DNA from: an uncultured Acidobacteriaceae bacterium
GTDB taxonomy: Bacteria > Acidobacteriota > Terriglobia > Terriglobales > Acidobacteriaceae
Direction: 5' to 3'
Assembly: GCA_963763585.1 (NCBI GenBank)
Contig: CAVXPR010000028.1
Location: 15,203-79,202, forward strand
Length of the DNA: 64,000 nt
A program made the translations under genes and the position numbers. Shown here piece after piece: positions 50,771 through 60,175 of this stretch. The number at the start of each line of letters is the position of its first letter. Positions within the stretch are counted from its first letter, which is position 1. Below the pieces are notes generated by a model. It was not told the DNA's origin. It did not search any database and saw only the letters and a list, made by a program, of their open reading frames with translations.

Positions 50771-50815
50771 GGGTTGCCCCATCCTAACCGCAGCTTCATC
50801 GCGGTTAGGGTGGGA
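50771..50815. repeat. Second REP-like palindromic element type
   Basis: GGGTTGCCCCATCCTAACCGC-AGCTTCATC-GCGGTTAGGGTGGGA; only one clear copy in the window. Confidence 0.5.
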
Positions 50816-50854
50816 TAGCAGGAACTTAATTTCGGAAGAACCGGAGTCGGTCCC

Positions 50855-52939
50855 TTACCCCGTCACAATCTCGCTAAAGTCCGCAATCGTCGAGAAATTT
50901 CGCAGAACCGCGTCAATCAACCCCAAATTCGCGCTCCGCACCTTCTCATCGGGATCAAGCACCATCACCTTGTCGAAAAACTGATCCACCGTCGGCCGAA
51001 TCGTCGCAATCAGCGCCAGAGCCTCGCGATAAGCGCGTTGCTCGCGCAGTTTCGCGATTTGCGGCGCAATCTCTTTTGACCGGTCCCACAAATCGATCGC
51101 CTCAAGCGCCAGGTCGTTCAGCTTCTTCTCATCGGGTCGATAACCCTTTTCCTCAGCCTGTTTCAAAATGTTCTTGATCCGTTTGCAGGCCGCCGATACC
51201 GCCGCGAAATCCGCCGACTCCCGCACCGCCGTCAGCGCCTCGGCTCGCGCAATCGCGTCGCGCACATCGTCTGCGCCCACCGCCAGCACCGCATTCACCA
51301 CGTCGTACGCAAACCCGCGCACATCCTTCAAAAAGAACTGCAGCCGCTCCCGCAGAAACTCGCTTACCTGCGCTTTACCGGAGTCGCTCACGCCGCTCGC
51401 GTTCACCACATCGCCCAGCGTCAGCGGCAACTCCGACTCAGCCAGAATCTTCACAATCGCATTCGCCGCGCGCCGCAGCGCAAAAGGATCCTTCGATCCT
51501 GTCGGTGCGCTCCCAATCCCGAACATCGCCACAATCGTCTGGATGCGATCGGCAATCCCCAGCAGTTGCCCTTCTACCGAAACCGGAATCGGATCTTCAA
51601 TCGAGGCCGGCGTGTACTGGTCATAGATCGCCAGCACAATTCGCTCATTCAATTCCTGCGCCCGCGCGTAAAGCCCGCCAATCACGCCCTGTAGCTCGGT
51701 AAACTCCTTCACCAGCTCCGTCGTCAGATCGGTTTTGGCCAGCTCCACCGCCTTGAAAAGTGCGGCCTCATCGAACGGCGCATCAGCACTCTTGAGGATC
51801 GTCGCCAGCGCGCTCGCAACCGCCAGGTTCTGCTCCGTCTTCCAGTAGTAGCTGCCCAGCTCCTTCTGGAACGTCACATTCTTCAGGCTCTCCATGCGCT
51901 TCGCCAGCGGCGTTTTCTGGTCCATATCCCAGAAGAATCGCGCATCTTTAAACCGCGCCCTCAGCACGCGCGCATTCCCGTGCCGAATGATCGCCGCGCC
52001 CTCTTCGTCCGCCTGCGTATTCAGCACCGCCAGAAAATGCGGCGCCAGCTTGCCCTCTGCGTCTTCCACCGCGAAATATTTCTGGTGATCGCGCATCACC
52101 GTCACCAGAACCTCTTCCGGCAAGCCCAAATACTCGCGCTCAAAATCTCCCAGAATCACGCTCGGCCACTCGGTCAGATGCGTCACGGTCTCGACCAGCG
52201 CTTCATCCTCGCGCCACCGCGCGCCCGCTACCTTTCGCGTCTCCGCATCCAATGCTTTGCGAATGATCTGCCTGCGCTCCGCCACATCCACAACAACGCT
52301 GGCCCCGCGCAGAGTCTCAACGTAACCGTTCGCCGACGGCAGATCCACCGGAGTGGTCGCCATACAGAATGCGATGCCCGCGGCTCGCATTGCCCGCCGC
52401 AATCCCCGCAATCTCCACCGGAACCACTTCCGCATCGAGCAGCGCCACCACCCAGCGCACCGGCCGCACAAACCGCTCCGGCTTCGCCGCGCGCCAGTAC
52501 ATATTCTTCGCCCAGTAAAGCCCCAGCACTTCCTTCGGCAACTCGGCAATCAGGATTTCCGCCGCCGTCCGCCCCGTCAGCTTCACCGTCGCGCCCACGT
52601 ACTCGCCCTTTGACGTCTCAATTTTCTTGAGGTCGGAAACTTCCACGCCAGCCTTTTTCGCAAAGGCCTCGCCGCCGGCGTCGGCTCGTCATCCTTGAAC
52701 GCAATCTTCCACGACGGGCCCATCACCACTTTTCGGTGTCGGCCTGCTTCGCCTGCACGCCCTCTGCCAGCACCGCCAGCCGCCGCGGCGTCGAATACGT
52801 CGTCACCTTCGCGCCGTTCACCTAGCAGCCGCTCGCGCTTCAGCAACTCGGTCACGCGCTTGCCCAGCTCGGCCTCCGCCGCGGCAATCATCCGCGCCGG
52901 AATCTCTTCCAGCCCGATCTCCAGTAAAAAATCCGCCAT
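50855..52939 (-). CDS. glyS: Glycine--tRNA ligase beta subunit; about four frameshifts between ~52350 and ~52830
   Basis: [71 protein letters not shown] and FFDKVMV. Confidence 0.93.
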
Positions 52940-52941
52940 CG

Positions 52942-53962
52942 CTATTCGTTCTCTCGCTGACTTGCCGACTCGTCTGCCGCTGCTAACTGACCCGCTACCC
53001 TGCTGCAACGCCCAAGCCTTCGCCACGCCCACCGCCAGCGCGCGAATCCGCGCAATCACGCCCACGCGCTCCGTCACGCTGATCGCCCCGCGCGCGTCCA
53101 GCAGATTAAAGAGGTTCGAGCACTTCAGCGCCAGCTCATACGTCGCCAGCAGCGGAAACCGTTTCTTCTCCGTTGCGCTCGCGTTCTCATCGGCTATCAC
53201 CGCATGCGCCTTTTCCAGCAGCGCCTGCGCCTCGGCCTCATACGAATTAAAATGCTCCCAAAGCCTGGCCACATCGGCCATCTCGAAGTTGTACACCGAA
53301 AATTGCAGCTCCTCGGCCAGCCGCACATCGCCGTAGGTCACCAGAGCGCCCGCATCAGACTCGTTTTTCTGGGGGTCGCGCGCCCACACAATGTCGTAGA
53401 TCGAGTCCACATCCTGCAAAAACGCCGCGATGCGCTCCATGCCATACGTCAGCTCCGCGCAAATCGGGTCCAGATCCATCCCGCCGCACTGCTGAAAATA
53501 TGTGAACTGCGTAATCTCCAGCCCATCCAGCATCACCTGCCAGCCCACGCCCCACGCGCCGCCCGCCGGCCACTCCCAGTTATCTTCTTCAAACTTCAGG
53601 TCGTGATGCTTCAGGTCAATCCCCATCGCCTCGAGCGACTCGAGATAAAGCTCCTGCACATTCACCGGCGGTGGTTTCAGGATCAGCTGAAATTGTGTGT
53701 GCTTGAACAACCGATTGGGATTCTCGCCATACCGCCCGTCGGCCGGCCTGCGCGATGGCTGCGCATAGCCCACCTTGTAGGGCTTCGGCCCCAGCACGCG
53801 CAAAAACGTCTCCGGGCACATCGTCCCCGCGCCCACTTCCACGTCGTATGGCTGCTGCAGCACGCATCCGCGCTCCGCCCAAAACGCCTGCAGGCGAAAC
53901 AAAAGATCCTGAAAGGTGAGGGAACTTGGGGCTACGCGCGCTTCGGGCTGGGCTGCGGACAC
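52942..53962 (-). CDS. glyQ: Glycine--tRNA ligase alpha subunit (probable indel near the 3' end removes the stop in the read frame)
   Basis: [50 protein letters not shown] and [13 protein letters not shown]. Confidence 0.95.
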
Positions 53963-54048
53963 AGGCTCATCTCTCTCATTTGAACTAAGAAAAGATTCTA
54001 CCAGTCAGCAATCCGCCTTCCTGGTTACTAAGGTGTCCCTTCGTCCGC

Positions 54049-54327
54049 CTAAGGCCAGTCCTGCGCACCATGGTAAATGCGTGCAATCTCGATCGTGTCC
54101 TGCTTAACTCGATAGACCGCGATGTAGGGTAAAGGCGAGAAAATCAGCTCGAGCCACCCCTCTATACGGGTACTTGATCGGCCCATGCCGGGAAGATGCT
54201 TGAGTTGAGCGATTCCCTTATAAATAGTCGCCGCAACTTGTTTGGCAGCTTCCGGATTGTCACGCTCAATCCACGCGCAGATGCGCTCAAGGTCTTCGGT
54301 CGCAGGAAGGGACCATCGCATTTCCAT
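54049..54327 (-). CDS. RelE/ParE family toxin
   Basis: MRWSLPATEDLERI..YI..NPEAA..I...L...P.MGR...ELIFSPLPYIAVYRV..IEIARIYHGAQDW. Confidence 0.9.
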   Translation of the reverse strand: MEMRWSLPATEDLERICAWIERDNPEAAKQVAATIYKGIAQLKHLPGMGRSSTRIEGWLELIFSPLPYIAVYRVKQDTIEIARIYHGAQDWP

Positions 54328-54551
54328 TAAGGTTGGAGAAAGCGCCTCAGCCGGTCGCCAACTTCCTCGTGTGTCAAAGCCTCGCCGCGATCCAGAGCAG
54401 CCTCACCGCGTCGGACAGCCTCGATGAAGCGGTCTTCCTCCTGAAAGTAGCGCGTCACCACATCCCGCACTGCCTCATCGGGGCTCAGGCATTGCCGTGC
54501 CGCGCGCTCAACGAGCCGCGCTTCGATTTCGGGAGTGAACTGCACTTCCAT
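54327..54551 (-). CDS. Putative antitoxin (RHH/CopG-like) upstream of the ParE toxin
   Basis: 74 aa, TAATG overlap with the toxin, AVRRGEAALDRGEALTHEEV motif typical of ParD-like partners. Confidence 0.8.
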   Translation of the reverse strand: MEVQFTPEIEARLVERAARQCLSPDEAVRDVVTRYFQEEDRFIEAVRRGEAALDRGEALTHEEVGDRLRRFLQP

Positions 54552-54608
54552 GGCTATAGTGTAGGAGGAATCTGGCTTCCGGGCAACGCAGCCACTTCAT
54601 GTTGCCCT

Positions 54609-55394
54609 TCACCCACCCAGCCTCGCCAGCGCCTCCGCCGTCTTCAGCTTTCGCTCCAAATGCCTCTCCAGCGTTTGCAAGGTGAACCGTCTCAGATCGT
54701 GCCCGCGCTTTCGCGGCCACGCCTCGCCCACAAAACTCGCCGCCGGAGCCCGCAGCATCCGTTGCGCCAGTTGCCAGCTATCGGCGCTCAGCCCGCTTCC
54801 CGAGCCGTTCGCATGCAGTCCGCAAAACAGTCCATCCGCATACGCGTTAAAGCGCACTTCGCCCGAGCCCAGCGTCTCTCCGCAAATCATGCAGTGGCCA
54901 ATGTCCGGCAGCAATCCCATCAGCCGAGTCATCCACAGCGAGAAATACGTCAGCGCCATCCACGGCCCAGCGAGCGCCGGGCCGGCCCCAGAATTCCCGG
55001 CCTCTGCCTTCACCGCATTCGTCTGCTCCAGCACGCTCGCCACCAGCCTGAACACCGTCGCCTGCGGATCGCGCTCCGGCAGCGCCTCGTCGATCACCTC
55101 GGCATAAAAGCTCAACACCGCCATGCGCGTCTGGTCCACCGGCGCTGACAAGGGTGACCGCAGAATCTCCAACTGGTCGAGCCTCACTAATTCCTGCCGC
55201 GGCCGCTCGGCAAACCACGCCCTCGCCAGCGTCATCGGCTCCAGCGCCCCGCCAAATCGCTTCCGGCTCTTCAGCGCCGCCTTGGCCATCCCCTTCAGCC
55301 GGCCATAATCGCGCGTAAAAAAGCTCACCAGCAGGTCGGCCTCATGCACCGGCCATGTGCGCAAAATCACCGCTTCTGACGTGAGCACGCTCAT
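54609..55394 (-). CDS. recO: DNA repair protein RecO
   Basis: EAVILRTWPVHEADLLVSFFTRDYG, RKRFGGALEP, and zinc-binding CMICG...FCGLH. Confidence 0.93.
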   Translation of the reverse strand: MSVLTSEAVILRTWPVHEADLLVSFFTRDYGRLKGMAKAALKSRKRFGGALEPMTLARAWFAERPRQELVRLDQLEILRSPLSAPVDQTRMAVLSFYAEVIDEALPERDPQATVFRLVASVLEQTNAVKAEAGNSGAGPALAGPWMALTYFSLWMTRLMGLLPDIGHCMICGETLGSGEVRFNAYADGLFCGLHANGSGSGLSADSWQLAQRMLRAPAASFVGEAWPRKRGHDLRRFTLQTLERHLERKLKTAEALARLGG

Positions 55395-55453
55395 GCTTCC
55401 TCATCATCGCATCTTCGCCGTTTTGGAGGAATCTGCTCTATTTCCCCTGCAAG

Positions 55454-55559
55454 AAAGTAAGGGGAAGCCATCAAAAGTAAGGAATTTTCATAGAATGGCT
55501 GGATTTCTTCATAAAGTAAGGCATAATGTAGAAAGTAAGGTATAATAAGAAAGGTAAGG
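55454..55559 (+). promoter_or_regulatory. Five direct repeats AAAGTAAGG over the AbrB-VapC promoter
   Basis: Copies at 55454, 55474, 55513, 55532 and a variant AAAGGTAAGG at 55550; TATAAT at 55541-55546. Confidence 0.7.
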
Positions 55560-55566
55560 AGCCTTC

Positions 55567-55854
55567 ATGCCCACGGCAAAAATCACCTCGAAAGGCCAAA
55601 TCACCATCCCCTCAGAAGTCAGGTCTTCGATGGGCTTGAGTCCGGGCGACAAGATCGTCTTTTTCGCAGACGAAAATGGCGATTTCATCGTGCGACGGGT
55701 CGGCTCCATCATGGATTTGCGCGGAATCTTGGCCGGGTTCGACGTTCCGAAAACCGACGAGGAGATGAACGAGATGATCCATCAGCGTGCGTTTGAACTC
55801 GATGAGGCTACCAAAACAGGCGCAGCGCGAGCCTCAGACGGAGAGGCGGCGTGA
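55567..55854 (+). CDS. AbrB/MazE/SpoVT-family antitoxin
   Basis: AKITSKGQITIPSEVRSSMGLSPGDKIVF. Confidence 0.9.
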   Translation: MPTAKITSKGQITIPSEVRSSMGLSPGDKIVFFADENGDFIVRRVGSIMDLRGILAGFDVPKTDEEMNEMIHQRAFELDEATKTGAARASDGEAA

Positions 55855-56246
55855 TTGGCTTGGATACGAATGTTCTCTTACGCTTTTTTGCGCAAGACGA
55901 TCCGCATCAGAGTCCGCTCGCCGACGCCACAATGGCATCGCTGACCGAAGACGATCCGGGGTGGGTGGGGCTGGCCACGGTTCTTGAGTTTGTCTGGGCC
56001 ATGGACAGGAAAATGCGTGTTGCCAAACCGATCATCTGTAATGCGCTTGAACGCTTACTCCTGCTGGAGTCCATCGTTCTGGAGCAAGACATGATCGTCG
56101 CATCCGCGCTCCGGCAATTCCGCTCAACTCGCGCCGACTTTGCTGATTGCCTCATCGCTGCATCGGCACGAGCCGTCGGTTGCAGCAAGACGGTCACCTT
56201 CGACAGCATCGCGGCACGCGATGCCGGCATGGAATTGATCGCCTGA
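55851..56246 (+). CDS. vapC: VapC PIN-domain toxin
   Basis: IGLDTNVLLRF, TVLEFVW, ADFADCLI and TVTFD; GTGA overlap with the antitoxin. Confidence 0.88.
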   Translation: MIGLDTNVLLRFFAQDDPHQSPLADATMASLTEDDPGWVGLATVLEFVWAMDRKMRVAKPIICNALERLLLLESIVLEQDMIVASALRQFRSTRADFADCLIAASARAVGCSKTVTFDSIAARDAGMELIA

Positions 56247-56383
56247 TTTTTCTCGTCGCTTCGCCTCGGCCATCGACGAAACACAAAATCGTTCGTCGCC
56301 CACAAACACAAACGCGCATCCCGGCAACCGGAATGCGCGTCCTGAGAAACCTTTACTACTGCGCCAACCTGACGCTCAGCCGT

Positions 56384-56644
56384 CTACCGGCCGAAGTGCG
56401 CGGTGTTCTTATCGGCAAAGTGTGCCCACTTCTCCGGCAGGTCATCCAGCGCAAAAATCGCCGACACCGGGCAAACCGGCACGCACGCGCCGCAGTCAAT
56501 GCACTCGACCGGGTCGATGAAAAGCTGATCGGCTTCGGCATAACCGGCTTCGTCTTTCTTGGGGTGGATGCAATCGACGGGACAGGCGTCCACACAGGCG
56601 CTATCCTTCGTGCCGATACAAGGTTCTGCAATTACGTATGCCAT
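56384..56644 (-). CDS. Dicluster (7Fe/8Fe-type) ferredoxin
   Basis: MAYVIAEPCIGTKDSACVDACPVDCIH...IDPVECIDCGACVPVCPVSAI. Confidence 0.93.
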   Translation of the reverse strand: MAYVIAEPCIGTKDSACVDACPVDCIHPKKDEAGYAEADQLFIDPVECIDCGACVPVCPVSAIFALDDLPEKWAHFADKNTAHFGR

Positions 56645-56829
56645 CTCTGCTCTCTCCCAGTATTCCCGCGGCCCCCGCAAACGCGAGCCGCTCTGATCTT
56701 TACTGCGAATTCTTTACGAGCCCAGCTTTTACGAGCCTAGCTTTTACGAGCCTGATACTAGCATACGTCCCCGCTCCCCGGTTCCACGATTTTTGCCCGC
56801 GTTTTGCCATGCGGGAAGCGCCGCCGCCC

Positions 56830-57780
56830 TTACTCCTGACCCGTTTTGGCTCTCTCCGCCCGCGCCCGCGCAAACTCCTCCGGCGTCGGAATCGGCGACA
56901 AGCCACGCCCCGCAAACAGATCGTCAAACATCCCGATCAGCTCTTCGTGAATCAATCCATTCGACGCCAGAATCTCATCGCTCTTTAATTGGAACTGGCC
57001 GCCCGCAAAGTCCGTCACTCTTCCGCCGGCTTCCTCCACCAGCAGAACTCCCGCCGCCGTATCCCACGGATTCAGGTTGAACTCCCAAAACGCATCCATG
57101 CGTCCGCAGGCCACATACGCCAAATCGAGCGCCGCCGAACCCGCCCTCCTCACCCCGTGCGACCGCAGCGTGAACTCCTGGTAAAAGTGAATGTTCGGAT
57201 TCGCATGCCGCTTCCGGCTTGGAAATCCCGTCCCGAGCAGCGCCTCCGCCAACTCAGCGTTACGCGAGACCCTCACCAGCTTCCCATTCAGTCGAGTCCC
57301 CTGCCCACGCTCTGCCGTGAACAGCTCGTCCCGCAGCGGATCGTAGATCACTCCCGCCACCAGCGTTCCATCCTCGCCGGCTTTCATCCCCCCCGCCTGC
57401 TCGTCCAGATTCGTCCGCTGCTCCAGGCCCCCGCGCTTTTCCAGTCCTAATGACACGCAGAACTGCGGAAACCCGTGCGCAAAATTCGTGGTCCCATCCA
57501 ACGGGTCCACATACCAGCGAAACTCCCCATCCATCCGCTCGCGCGTGCCCTCTTCGCCATAGACTCCGTGCTCCGGAAAAGCCTCGCTAAGCCGCGTGCG
57601 AATCAGCCTCTCCGCCGCGCGATCGGCCGCGGTCACAATGTCCACGTCGCCTTTGTATTCGGTCTCTACGCCCTTTGCGTAGTAGTCGCGCAGCAGCGCT
57701 CCGGCCTCGCGCGCAATCTCCGCCGCCTTCGGGAAATAAATAAGATTCTTCTCAGTCGCCGGTTCCGCTGCGCCGCTCAC
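56830..57780 (-). CDS. suhB: Inositol monophosphatase family protein (SuhB-like)
   Basis: GEEG, WYVDPLDGTTNFAHG, GSAALDLAYVACG and LNPWDTAAG. Confidence 0.88.
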   Translation of the reverse strand: MSGAAEPATEKNLIYFPKAAEIAREAGALLRDYYAKGVETEYKGDVDIVTAADRAAERLIRTRLSEAFPEHGVYGEEGTRERMDGEFRWYVDPLDGTTNFAHGFPQFCVSLGLEKRGGLEQRTNLDEQAGGMKAGEDGTLVAGVIYDPLRDELFTAERGQGTRLNGKLVRVSRNAELAEALLGTGFPSRKRHANPNIHFYQEFTLRSHGVRRAGSAALDLAYVACGRMDAFWEFNLNPWDTAAGVLLVEEAGGRVTDFAGGQFQLKSDEILASNGLIHEELIGMFDDLFAGRGLSPIPTPEEFARARAERAKTGQE

Positions 57781-58115
57781 AGCCTTGCCCCATGCTTTCC
57801 GTTCCCGTCAGGTCCATGTCCGTCAGCTGCATGCCCGTCTGCAGTCTCATAGCGCGGAGTCCTTCGCCGGCCCGCTTCGCTGATCATCCGGATCTGGTTC
57901 TTGTAAATAAATAAATTCGGCTGGCCCTCGCGCGTCAGCCGCAGCATGGAATCGTCAAAGTACTCAATCCACCCGCGCACCGTCTCGCCGTCGCGCAATT
58001 TGATGTTCACCACCACCTGCCGATCGCTCAATGAGCGCAGGTAGAGCCCTTCTTGGCCGGTTTCGCCCGGCGGAGGCGTCTTCGATCGGCGCCGCGAAGA
58101 CAATGGGGAAGTCAT
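57777..58115 (-). CDS. Hfq-like Sm-fold RNA chaperone
   Basis: QEGLYLRSL...VNIKLRDGETVRGWIEYFD..MLRL...NLFIYKNQIRMI parallels Hfq Sm1/Sm2; YKNQI replaces YKHAI. Confidence 0.75.
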   Translation of the reverse strand: MTSPLSSRRRSKTPPPGETGQEGLYLRSLSDRQVVVNIKLRDGETVRGWIEYFDDSMLRLTREGQPNLFIYKNQIRMISEAGRRRTPRYETADGHAADGHGPDGNGKHGARL

Positions 58116-58213
58116 ATTGCCATTTTAGATGCAGCCTTCCGCTATCGAGTATTTCGGCTTCCGATCTCCACAATTTTTCCCGGCAAGTTTGCTATCTGCC
58201 TGGCATCGTCAAC

Positions 58214-59167
58214 TCAAAACGCCCTGGGGATGCTGTCGCGGACCGAAACCTTGGAGTCGCTCGGGAAGTCCGCAGGCACCGGAAATGTCACCGGTCTCCG
58301 TGCCAGCCATTCCAGCGCCCGTGGAATGATTGTTTGTACTGCCGCATCCCGAAGGGCCGCCGGCCGCACGTCCCCCGGCCAAACATGACCGTAAGTCGAA
58401 ATGTAAACACGCCCTTTTCCAAAGGTAGTTGTCCACTCCACCGGCCACAGCAAACCCAATTTGGGATCAGAATCCCGCGCATAGGCCAGCACATGCAGCC
58501 GCTCGGCTGGGCCGCGCGCATAGTAATAAACTTCCATGTCGGGCGAGAGCCATGCTTGCGGCATGCCGGCATGAATCGGATCGTCTCCGAGGCGCCTCAC
58601 CTGCACATCGGAGCGCTGCCCGTGGCCTGTTCCGCGACCCACGCCGGGCGGAATCCGCACAATCTTTTCTTTGTCGCTCACGCGAATTGCGGTGCCATAA
58701 TCCGCTTCGCGCCAGCTTAGTCCTACCATTTCTTCATATTCTTTCCAGCCCACGAATGCGTTCTCCGCGGCGTGGAATATATAAACGCCTCCGCCTTTGC
58801 CAACGTATTCAGCAAAGTCCTGTTTCACCCCGTCTGGCCATTGTGGTTTTGGCTTCAATCCTTGCAGAAGGCCGTTCCCGCCATTGTCGTTGCAGGTTTG
58901 AATCACCACATCGTAGTCCGCAAAACGCGGCCGCCACGCTTCCCATGCCGCGGAGCCGGGCTCCAGGGGCGCAGTGCTGACGTCAACGGTGAATTCGCCG
59001 GCCGCCTCAAGAATGCCGCGCAGCAGCAGGGTAGTCTGCTGCCAGTCGTGGTTGCTGAAGCCGTCAACAATGAGAACGCGAATCTTGCCTTGATGCGTCC
59101 TGGCAAAACCAGGAAGTGTGCAAGCTAGCATGATCGCAAGCAAGCACAGAATAGATCGATGCTTCAT
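58214..59167 (-). CDS. Secreted ThuA-like (class I glutamine-amidotransferase-like) domain protein
   Basis: Signal peptide; IRVLIVDGFSNHDWQQTT, GGGVYIFHAA, WTTTFGKGRVYISTYGH. Confidence 0.75.
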   Translation of the reverse strand: MKHRSILCLLAIMLACTLPGFARTHQGKIRVLIVDGFSNHDWQQTTLLLRGILEAAGEFTVDVSTAPLEPGSAAWEAWRPRFADYDVVIQTCNDNGGNGLLQGLKPKPQWPDGVKQDFAEYVGKGGGVYIFHAAENAFVGWKEYEEMVGLSWREADYGTAIRVSDKEKIVRIPPGVGRGTGHGQRSDVQVRRLGDDPIHAGMPQAWLSPDMEVYYYARGPAERLHVLAYARDSDPKLGLLWPVEWTTTFGKGRVYISTYGHVWPGDVRPAALRDAAVQTIIPRALEWLARRPVTFPVPADFPSDSKVSVRDSIPRAF

Positions 59168-59197
59168 GCCGTCAGGTTACAGCACCCCGACCCAGCT

Positions 59198-60175
59198 TTA
59201 GTTTTCACGCGGGCGGGCATCCGCATAATACCCCGCCTTATTCCGCACATTAAATTCATCCGCCGCCGCGCGGGGAACCGTCACCACCACCCGATGAAAC
59301 TCCACGCCGGGAACCTGATGCTGCGGATAATAACCAATCAGGTATTGCGTCCTCAGGTCGTCGCTCACCTGCGCGAATGCCTTATCCAGGCCGCCCTCGC
59401 CCACGTAAAAATGCTTTCCGCCCGTCTGCTCCGCCAGCGTAATCAGCGCGTGTTCGCCGCCCAGGTCGCGCCCCGCGCTGGCTTCAATCGGCACGTCGAT
59501 CAGCGAATAAATCATCACCTCGTTGCGCAGCGCCGCCTCCAGAGCCTGCTCATAAGTCGACGTTTTGGCCGTATCGTCCCCATCCGACACCAGCACCAGC
59601 ACCTTGCGACCCTGCCGTTTTCCCAGGCCCTCGGAGCCTAATCGAATCGCGTCGTAAAGCGCCGTTGAATAATCTGAGCGAAGCTCACCCACCGCGTGGT
59701 CTATCCGCGACAAATTATTCGTAAACGGGGTCAGCTCAGTTACGTCAGTGGCAAACTCGATCACGCTTATCTGGTCTTGCGTCCGCAAAATATCGTGTGC
59801 GAAATGCCTTGCCCCGTTCGCTTCCTCGTCAAGATCCTTGCGCACGCTCCCCGAAGTATCGATCGCCAGCGTCAGATTCAGCGGCACGTCCGTCTTCCGC
59901 TCGAAGACCGCGATCTCCTGCGGGCGGTTATCCTCGAACACGGCGAAATCGTTTTGAGTCAGTCCGCCTACAATCACGCCATTCTTGTCCGTCACGTTGA
60001 CGAAGATGTTCACCAGCTTCACGTCGACATGAAACGTGGGCTGCTGCGCCGTCATCGCCACCGGAGCCAGCGCCGCAACCGCGAAGAGGCCCGCAATCGC
60101 TCCTGCACTTGCGCCAGCGCACAATGCACGAAGACCGCTGCACGTGACACGAAGAACGCTGCGCCGGGCCCTCAT
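59198..60175 (-). CDS. VWA domain protein (acidobacterial VWFA type)
   Basis: TFHVDVKLVNIFVNVTDKNG, LAIDTSGS (MIDAS), TALYDAI, VLVSDGDD and LAEQTGG. Confidence 0.85.
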   Translation of the reverse strand: MRARRSVLRVTCSGLRALCAGASAGAIAGLFAVAALAPVAMTAQQPTFHVDVKLVNIFVNVTDKNGVIVGGLTQNDFAVFEDNRPQEIAVFERKTDVPLNLTLAIDTSGSVRKDLDEEANGARHFAHDILRTQDQISVIEFATDVTELTPFTNNLSRIDHAVGELRSDYSTALYDAIRLGSEGLGKRQGRKVLVLVSDGDDTAKTSTYEQALEAALRNEVMIYSLIDVPIEASAGRDLGGEHALITLAEQTGGKHFYVGEGGLDKAFAQVSDDLRTQYLIGYYPQHQVPGVEFHRVVVTVPRAAADEFNVRNKAGYYADARPREN

